From the NCBI GenBank assembly GCA_017456905.1, contig JAFTIL010000027.1, forward strand, positions 22,352 to 86,351: a stretch of DNA of 64,000 nt. The letters are read 5' to 3'. The translations under genes and the position numbers were made by a program. The DNA comes from Clostridia bacterium. Its GTDB lineage: Bacteria; Bacillota; Clostridia; Oscillospirales; CAG-272. The notes beneath the pieces are model-generated. The model searched no databases, had not been told where the DNA came from, and saw nothing but the letters and a program-made list of their open reading frames with translations. Positions 18,803 to 24,691 of this stretch are shown here, piece after piece (the first letter of the stretch is position 1; each line of letters begins with the position of its first letter).

Positions 18803-19342
18803 ATGGACCGCCGTCAACAAAAAACACGTAAAGCCATTTTCACGGCCTTTCGAACACTGCTTGAAAAGAAACGTTATGACCACATCACCGTTCAGGATAT
18901 CATCGACGAGGCTGACGTAGGGCGAAGTACCTTCTACGCCCATTTCGAGACCAAAGATCTTCTTCTCGACGCCATGTGTGCCGAGATCTTTGACCACGTT
19001 TTTGAAAAAGATCCCTGTCCCTGGGGAGGAAAGGACTATGACTTGGAAGGCAAGCTCTCTCACACTTTATGGCACATCCGCGAAAAAAAGACCGATTTGA
19101 CGGGCATTCTCCTGTCAGACAGCGGAGAGCTTTTCATGAACTACTTCAAAGCCCACCTACGAGTTCTTTTTGATGGCTATCTCGAAACCTTCCACAGCGA
19201 AATTCCCCGAGAATTTTTGCTCAATCACCTGACAGGGAGCTTTGCCGAGGCGGTCAAATGGTGGCTGAGCCAGGGAACTAAGACCACACCCGAAGAAACG
19301 GCGAGGTATTTTATGCTCTCTTGTGGACTTGGAGAGAAATAG
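18803..19342 (+). CDS. TetR/AcrR family transcriptional regulator
   Basis: Trimmed to ATG 18803 (AAAGGAGA upstream). The N-terminal HTH, RKAIFTAFRTLLEKKRYDHITVQDIIDEADVGRSTFYAHFETKDLL, is the TetR signature. Confidence 0.85.
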   Translation: MDRRQQKTRKAIFTAFRTLLEKKRYDHITVQDIIDEADVGRSTFYAHFETKDLLLDAMCAEIFDHVFEKDPCPWGGKDYDLEGKLSHTLWHIREKKTDLTGILLSDSGELFMNYFKAHLRVLFDGYLETFHSEIPREFLLNHLTGSFAEAVKWWLSQGTKTTPEETARYFMLSCGLGEK

Positions 19343-19378
19343 TAAATTGTTGTTTAGCCGCAGTGCGGTTCTACAACA
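19342..19378. repeat. structured repeat element, short copy
   Basis: GTAAATTGTTGTTTAGCCGCagtGCGGTTctACAACA begins on the last base (G) of the TetR TAG stop codon (19340-19342), overlapping it by one base. The hairpin is retained through paired substitutions relative to the 18488 copy. Confidence 0.5.
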
Positions 19379-19416
19379 CCTCACGCCGAAATTCCACCCA
19401 AATTTTCCCAAACGCA

Positions 19417-19445
19417 TTGACAAATAAAAACCTTGCAGGTATAAT
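19417..19445 (+). promoter_or_regulatory. consensus promoter for the 19499 gene
   Basis: TTGACA, 17-nt spacer, TATAAT. Confidence 0.5.
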
Positions 19446-19498
19446 ATAGATACGGGATACCCCGTAAAAAATCGAATTTTGACCCCGAAAGGAGTTTC

Positions 19499-21196
19499 AT
19501 GATGACAAACTACAAAAAGCAAGTCGCAGGTGGCCCCCTGATGGCCGTTGACGCCCTTGGTCGTCCCACTCCCGATACCTCAACCGGCGCGCCCGCAAAC
19601 CGTGAAAACCGCTTGGTAGGCATGTTCTACTTCCTTTGGCTGGGTGAACACGGCCGCCATAAGCCCTACGACATCTCCAAGATCGTCGCCGAGGACCCCG
19701 ATATCGGCTATAAGCCCGCGTCTCCCCTCTGGGGCGGTCACGGCGTGTATCATCACTGGGGCGAGCCTTTCTACGGCTATTATTACTCCAATGACGAGTG
19801 GGTAGTCCGCAGACACATGAAGCTCCTTATGCAAGCGGATATTGACTTCCTCTTCTTCGACACCACCAACGCCGCTATCTATTGTGAAAACGCCAAGCTG
19901 GTCATGCGGGTGTTGCAGGAATACCACGACGAGGGCTGGAAAATCCCTCAAGTTATGTTCTATACCAATACCTCTTCCGGTCTGACGGTTCTGGATATCT
20001 ACGACCACATTTACAAGATCGGCTACTGTAAGGACACCTGGTTCTGCCTGGACGGCAAGCCCGTCATCATCGCTGTCAAGGAAGAATGCACCCCTGAGTG
20101 CCGTGACTTTTTCAATATCAAGATGTCCCAATGGCCCAACGAGCCCGACAAGCTGGGCGGCTGGCCTTGGATGGACTTCACCCACCCCCAACGCGTCTTC
20201 GCCAACCTGGACGGCGTGGACGAGGTTATCAACGTGTCTGTGGCACAGCACAGCGGCAACATCCGTTTCGGGGATTCTGTCCTTTACGGAGAGACCTCCA
20301 ACTGTGGTCGCGCCTACCATAACGGAGCAAATGACCCTGAGCCCGACGCATGGAAGAAGGGCTATAACTTTGCCGAGCAGTTTGATCGTGCCATCGAAAC
20401 CGACCCGCCCATCGTACTGATCACGGGATGGAACGAGTGGATCGCAGGCTACTGGTCGGGCATTCCCGAGCGCCCCGTTATGTTTGTGGACGCCGCCAAT
20501 TACGAGTACAGCCGTGATTTGGAAATGATGCGTGGCGGCTACTTCGACAACTACTTCATGCAACTGGTCAGCTACGTTCGCAAGTACAAGGGCACCGATG
20601 AAACTCCTGTATACCCCGCTGTCAAGAGTGTGGCCGTGGAGTGGAGAAAGAGCTTTGACGCATCTCCCGCCGTGTACGATTGTTTCCTGGACGGAGACAT
20701 GAACCGCCACGCCGAGGGTCAGGGCGGTGTGATCTACACCAACTTCACCGCAAGAAATGTCATGGATCAGATCGCCGTCATGCACGATAAGGACAGCATC
20801 ACCTTCACCATCCGCACCAAGGATCTCATTTCGGATCCTCTGGGCGCAGGTTCCTGGATGAAGATCTTCCTCAATGTCAAGGGCGGTTCCAACTACCAGT
20901 ATGTCCTCAACCACCACACCCGCAAGGACGGCACCACCACCTTGGGCAGAGTCGTGGGCGAAGGCGACGACCTTACCTGTGTGGACGTGCCCGATATGCT
21001 CCTGCGTTACGAAGTTCGCGGCGACGTCATGAAGATCAGCGTCCCCCGCGCCGTCATCGGCCTGGATCACGACAACTTCACCCTGTGGTTCAAGGTGGCC
21101 GACAGCCGAGAGAAGTATCGCAACATCGAAGACTTCTATGACAAAGGCGACGTGGCGCCTCTGGGCAGACTCAACTTCGTGTATCGCGGTGAATAA
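19499..21196 (+). CDS. uncharacterised cytosolic protein, putative glycoside-hydrolase-like TIM-barrel enzyme
   Basis: 565 aa with no signal peptide. FYFLWLGEHG, HHWGEPFYGYYYSNDEWVVRRHMKLLMQADIDFLFFDTTN and ITGWNEWIAGY resemble GH71/GH99-like 'NEW'-motif hydrolases. The family is assigned from memory only. Confidence 0.4.
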   Translation: MMTNYKKQVAGGPLMAVDALGRPTPDTSTGAPANRENRLVGMFYFLWLGEHGRHKPYDISKIVAEDPDIGYKPASPLWGGHGVYHHWGEPFYGYYYSNDEWVVRRHMKLLMQADIDFLFFDTTNAAIYCENAKLVMRVLQEYHDEGWKIPQVMFYTNTSSGLTVLDIYDHIYKIGYCKDTWFCLDGKPVIIAVKEECTPECRDFFNIKMSQWPNEPDKLGGWPWMDFTHPQRVFANLDGVDEVINVSVAQHSGNIRFGDSVLYGETSNCGRAYHNGANDPEPDAWKKGYNFAEQFDRAIETDPPIVLITGWNEWIAGYWSGIPERPVMFVDAANYEYSRDLEMMRGGYFDNYFMQLVSYVRKYKGTDETPVYPAVKSVAVEWRKSFDASPAVYDCFLDGDMNRHAEGQGGVIYTNFTARNVMDQIAVMHDKDSITFTIRTKDLISDPLGAGSWMKIFLNVKGGSNYQYVLNHHTRKDGTTTLGRVVGEGDDLTCVDVPDMLLRYEVRGDVMKISVPRAVIGLDHDNFTLWFKVADSREKYRNIEDFYDKGDVAPLGRLNFVYRGE

Positions 21197-21244
21197 TAAT
21201 AACTCTCCCCGTCAAATCTTCTTGGCGGGGTTCTTTTTCGTGTC

Positions 21245-21364
21245 GGGGGTACCCAAGGGGGTACCCGAGGGGGTACCCGAGGGGGTACCCGAGGGGGTAC
21301 CCAAGGGGGTGTCCAAGGGGGTACCCGCGGGGTTGTCCAAGGGGGTACCCGAGGGGGTGTCGCA
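21245..21364. repeat. 10 x 12-bp tandem repeat, consensus GGGGGTACCCRA
   Basis: Units start at 21245, 21257, ... 21353. Seven carry the intact 8-bp palindrome GGGTACCC (KpnI core); units 6, 8 and 10 are degenerate. Intergenic, 49 bp after the 19499 gene stop. Confidence 0.95.
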
Positions 21365-21429
21365 CCTAAGTTAAGTCAAGTTAATTCCAAGATAAGTTGA
21401 TTTTAGTAGAGTTTGAGTTAAGTCAAGTA

Positions 21430-21471
21430 ACGAGGGAGTGGGCAGGCCCCAAAGCCTGCCCACTCCCTCGT
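21430..21471. repeat. perfect 18-bp-stem hairpin (ACGAGGGAGTGGGCAGGC-cccaaa-GCCTGCCCACTCCCTCGT)
   Basis: Read directly from the sequence. No T-run follows on either strand. Preceded by a direct repeat of AGTTAAGTCAAGT at 21369 and 21415. Confidence 0.9.
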
Positions 21472-21516
21472 CTCTCTCCTTTGCGAAAAGAGATCATTTT
21501 TACCTATAAACGGGGA

Positions 21517-21545
21517 TTGACTTTTGAGGGCAAAAGGCGTATAAT
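21517..21545 (+). promoter_or_regulatory. consensus promoter P1 upstream of the CobW cluster
   Basis: TTGACT, 17-nt spacer, TATAAT. It would start a transcript about 160 nt before the ATG. Confidence 0.45.
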
Positions 21546-21646
21546 GTATTCCGTCAGCACGGCACATAAACGGCAGATCTGTCTTTCAGGTCTGTGATAT
21601 GCTCCTGCTGTCATCTCTACGGGACATCTTTTTCTCCCCAAAACCC

Positions 21647-21675
21647 TTGACAATCATCCTTAAAAAGAGTATAAT
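21647..21675 (+). promoter_or_regulatory. consensus promoter P2 upstream of the CobW cluster
   Basis: TTGACA, 17-nt spacer, TATAAT, 42 nt before ATG 21717. Confidence 0.55.
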
Positions 21676-21716
21676 CAATAAGTTAGAAATATTTAATTTA
21701 AAGAAGGTAAATACAC

Positions 21717-23021
21717 ATGACAAAGATCGACATTTTTTCCGGTTTTTTGGGTGCCGGTAAGACCACCCTCATCAAAAAGCTCATCACCGAGGCCTACGTA
21801 GGCGAAAAGCTGGTGCTGATCGAGAACGAATTCGGTGAGATCGGCATCGACGGCGGATTTTTGGCTGAGGCGGGTATCCAGATCAACGAAATGAATTCGG
21901 GTTGCATTTGTTGCTCTTTGGTGGGCGACTTCGGTAAGGCGCTCTCCAAGGTGCTGACCGAGTACAACCCCGACCGTATCCTCATTGAGCCCTCGGGTGT
22001 GGGCAAGCTCTCCGACGTAATCCGCGCCGTGCAGAACGCCGCCACAGAAGGGGCTGTCCTCAACAGCTTCACCACCGTGGTAGATGCAGGGAAGTGCAAG
22101 ATGTACATGAAGAACTTCGGAGAGTTCTTCAATGACCAGGTAGCCAATGCAGGCTGCATCGTCTTGTCCCACACGGACAAGCTCTCCGAAGAAAAGGTGG
22201 CTGACGCTGTGGCTCGCCTCACCGCCCACAACGAGACTGCCATTTTCGTCACAACTCCTTGGGATCAGTTGAACGGTGCCGATCTTCTTGCCGCTATGGA
22301 ACGCAAGGATACCCTGGAGGCAGAGCTGGAAAGACTGACCGAGGAAACACACCATCATCACCACCATCATCATGATCACGACGAGGAATGCCATTGTCAC
22401 GATCATGACCACGAGCATCACCACCACGATCATGACGAAGAGTGCCACTGCCATGATCATGACCATGAGCATGAGCATCACCATCATCATGATCACGACG
22501 AGGAATGCCATTGTCATGATCACGAGCATGAGCATGAGCATCACCATCATCACGATCACGACGAAGAGTGTCACTGCCATGATCATGATCACGAGCATGA
22601 GCATCACCATCATCACGATCACGACGAAGAGTGTCACTGCCATGATCATGATCATGAGCATGAGCATCATCACGATCATGACGGCGAGTGCTGTTGCGGT
22701 CATCATCACGACCATGACCACCATCACCACGCCGATGAGGTGTTCATCAGCTGCGGTGCCGAGACAGTCGTGAAGTTCGATAAGGCCGATATGGCCGTCA
22801 AGCTGGCTGAACTCTTCAACGAGGAAAAATACGGTATCGTCCTTCGTGCCAAGGGCATCGTAGCCGCCACCGAAGGGTCTGATTGGATCCACTTCGACTA
22901 CGTTCCCGGGGAGCCCGACGTGCGTAGCGGGGCTCCTGCGGTCATCGGTCGTCTCTGTGTCATTGGATCTAAACTGAATCTGCCCGCTCTGTCCGAGCTT
23001 TTCGGTGTGACGCTGGCATAA
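21717..23021 (+). CDS. CobW/G3E-family GTPase metallochaperone with a long internal His/Cys-rich tandem array
   Basis: Walker A GFLGAGKTT, CxCC motif GCICCS, a CobW_C-like C-terminus (VLRAKGIV...WIHFDYV...GRLCVIGSKL), and a 128-aa His/Asp/Glu/Cys linker between the domains. Confidence 0.85.
   Translation: MTKIDIFSGFLGAGKTTLIKKLITEAYVGEKLVLIENEFGEIGIDGGFLAEAGIQINEMNSGCICCSLVGDFGKALSKVLTEYNPDRILIEPSGVGKLSDVIRAVQNAATEGAVLNSFTTVVDAGKCKMYMKNFGEFFNDQVANAGCIVLSHTDKLSEEKVADAVARLTAHNETAIFVTTPWDQLNGADLLAAMERKDTLEAELERLTEETHHHHHHHHDHDEECHCHDHDHEHHHHDHDEECHCHDHDHEHEHHHHHDHDEECHCHDHEHEHEHHHHHDHDEECHCHDHDHEHEHHHHHDHDEECHCHDHDHEHEHHHDHDGECCCGHHHDHDHHHHADEVFISCGAETVVKFDKADMAVKLAELFNEEKYGIVLRAKGIVAATEGSDWIHFDYVPGEPDVRSGAPAVIGRLCVIGSKLNLPALSELFGVTLA
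22347..22730 (+). repeat. in-frame tandem array of 54-63-bp units encoding DHDEECHCHDH(D/E)HEHEHHHH (5 full copies plus 1 degenerate)
   Basis: Protein reads HHHHHHHH-[DHDEECHCHDHDHEHHHH]-[DHDEECHCHDHDHEHEHHHHH]-... ending DHDGECCCGHHHDHDHHHH. The nucleotide units differ mostly at synonymous third positions. Confidence 0.9.
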
Positions 23022-23033
23022 GAAGGAGAAATT

Positions 23034-23990
23034 ATGGCATACAGCATACCCGTATATCTGTTCACAGGCTTCCTGGAGAGCGGCAAGACCTCCATGATCC
23101 GAGAAAGCATGGAAAATCCCAAATTTGACAATGGCGAGCGCACCCTCATCATCCTTTGCGAGGAAGGCATTGAGGAGCTCGAGCCTTCCCGCTTCGCCAA
23201 GGGAGGGAAGAACTGCTATATCGAAACGGTGGAGGACGAAGAGGATCTGACCTACGACCTACTCTCCGCCATGCACAAAAAATACAAGCCCAACCGCGTC
23301 ATCATTGAATACAACGGGATGTGGCAGCTCAAAACTCTCTATGAGAATATGCCCGAAGCCTGGGCCATCTACCAGCAGATCCTCTTTGCCGAGGCCAAGA
23401 CCTTCTTCGTTTACAACCAAAACATGAGATCTCTCATGTTTGACAAGCTCATGGATGCCGAGATGGTCGTCATCAACCGCACGCCCGATGATTTTAACAA
23501 GGAAGAGGCCCACAAGATCGTCCGCGGCATCTCCCGACGCGCTCAGATCGCTTACGAGTATCCCGACAGGAGCATTGTTTACGATGACATTGTAGACCCC
23601 CTGCCTTTCGACGTAGACGCACCCGTCATTGAGATCAAGGACGAGGACTTTGCCCTTTGGTATCGCGATCTGTCTGAAGAAATGGATAAGTACGACGGCA
23701 AGACCGTCACCGTCAAGGGCATGGTTGCCCGTGATAATAAGCTTTCCAACCACGCCGTTATTGTGGGCCGTCACATCATGACCTGCTGTGCCGATGACAT
23801 CGCCTACAGCGGTCTCGTGTGTAATTTCACCCTGCCTGTGACACTCAAGACCCGTGATTGGATCACGGTTACCGCCAAGATCAAGCTGGAGTCTCACAAG
23901 CTCTATGGCGGTCGTCGAGGCCCCGTCCTCTATGCCCCCAACTTTACCATGGCCGAAAAGCCCCAGCAGGAAGTAGCGACGTTTTATTAA
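23034..23990 (+). CDS. CobW-like P-loop protein (no CxCC motif) with a DUF1980-like C-terminal CC-motif domain
   Basis: N-terminus IPVYLFTGFLESGKTSMI resembles a CobW P-loop. The C-terminus GKTVTVKGMVARDNKLSNHAVIVGRHIMTCCADDIAYSGLVCNF...DWITVTAKI resembles the DUF1980/YcgQ-type C-terminal domain; this comparison is from memory. Confidence 0.6.
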   Translation: MAYSIPVYLFTGFLESGKTSMIRESMENPKFDNGERTLIILCEEGIEELEPSRFAKGGKNCYIETVEDEEDLTYDLLSAMHKKYKPNRVIIEYNGMWQLKTLYENMPEAWAIYQQILFAEAKTFFVYNQNMRSLMFDKLMDAEMVVINRTPDDFNKEEAHKIVRGISRRAQIAYEYPDRSIVYDDIVDPLPFDVDAPVIEIKDEDFALWYRDLSEEMDKYDGKTVTVKGMVARDNKLSNHAVIVGRHIMTCCADDIAYSGLVCNFTLPVTLKTRDWITVTAKIKLESHKLYGGRRGPVLYAPNFTMAEKPQQEVATFY

Positions 23991-24000
23991 GGGGCGCACA

Positions 24001-24047
24001 AGGGGGAACTTCTTGAAAGAAGTTTTCCCTCGACCCCTTCAAGAACT
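24001..24047. repeat. REP-like palindromic element (copy B); probable terminator of the CobW pair
   Basis: GGGAACTTCTTgaaAGAAGTTTTCCC followed by TCGACCCCTTCAAGAAC. Same family as 18714-18773. Confidence 0.5.
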
Positions 24048-24065
24048 TTTATAAAGGGAATCAAT

Positions 24066-24629
24066 ATGTTTGATATGATTGAAAGAGAAATTGCGAGAGA
24101 TGCAGAGATCGCCGTCCGCGAACTGATTGAGGCCGCCCGACTGACCGAAGGGCAGATCCTCGTCATCGGTTGCTCGTCTTCGGAAATGATCGGTCAGCGC
24201 ATCGGCAAGAATTCCTCCATGGAGGCTGCTGTCGCGCTCTATGAAGCCATTGCGCCCATCCTCGCAGAGAAAGGTATCTACCTAGCCGCTCAATGCTGTG
24301 AGCATCTTAACCGTGCCATCATTATAGAACGAACTTGCGCTGAAAAGTACGGTCTTGATCCCGTTTGGGTGAAGCCCCAGCCCAAGGCAGGCGGCTCCTT
24401 TGCCACCACCGCGTGGGAGCATATGACTGACCCTGTGGCGGTGGAGACTGTCAAAGCCCATGCCGGCATGGATATCGGCGGCACTCTCATAGGGATGCAT
24501 TTGCGACGCGTGGCCGTTCCCGTGCGCTTGTCTGTAAGCAAGATCGGTGAGGCAAGCCTTATCTGCGCCCGCACGAGACCTGCCTATATCGGCGGTCCCA
24601 GAGCGCAGTATCAAACGGAAGAACCGTAA
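24066..24629 (+). CDS. UPF0340 / TIGR01440 family protein (YwlG-like)
   Basis: GQILVIGCSSSEMIGQRIGKNSS...YLAAQCCEHLNRAIIIER...GGSFATTAW...AHAGMDIGGTLIGMHL matches my memory of the YwlG family. Confidence 0.65.
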   Translation: MFDMIEREIARDAEIAVRELIEAARLTEGQILVIGCSSSEMIGQRIGKNSSMEAAVALYEAIAPILAEKGIYLAAQCCEHLNRAIIIERTCAEKYGLDPVWVKPQPKAGGSFATTAWEHMTDPVAVETVKAHAGMDIGGTLIGMHLRRVAVPVRLSVSKIGEASLICARTRPAYIGGPRAQYQTEEP

Positions 24630-24640
24630 CCCAATACAAC

Positions 24641-24681
24641 AAAAATCCGATGAGGAAGTGTCTCTCCCCATCGGATTTTTT
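24641..24681. terminator. bidirectional terminator between convergent genes
   Basis: AAAAATCCGATG...CATCGGATTTTTT. Confidence 0.7.
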
Positions 24682-24691
24682 AATTGATATC

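Noticed and set aside
21245-21364. Possible CRISPR array.
   Set aside because: The units are contiguous 12-mers with no spacers, far shorter than CRISPR repeats, and the window contains no cas genes.
21138-21374. Short ORFs reading through the 12-bp repeat: GVPEGVPEGVPK collagen-like on the plus strand and GYPLGYPLGYPL on the minus strand.
   Set aside because: They exist only because a 12-bp unit is in frame with itself. The plus-strand ORF starts inside the preceding gene with no RBS, and the minus-strand ORF has no credible start context. I treat the region as non-coding repeat DNA.
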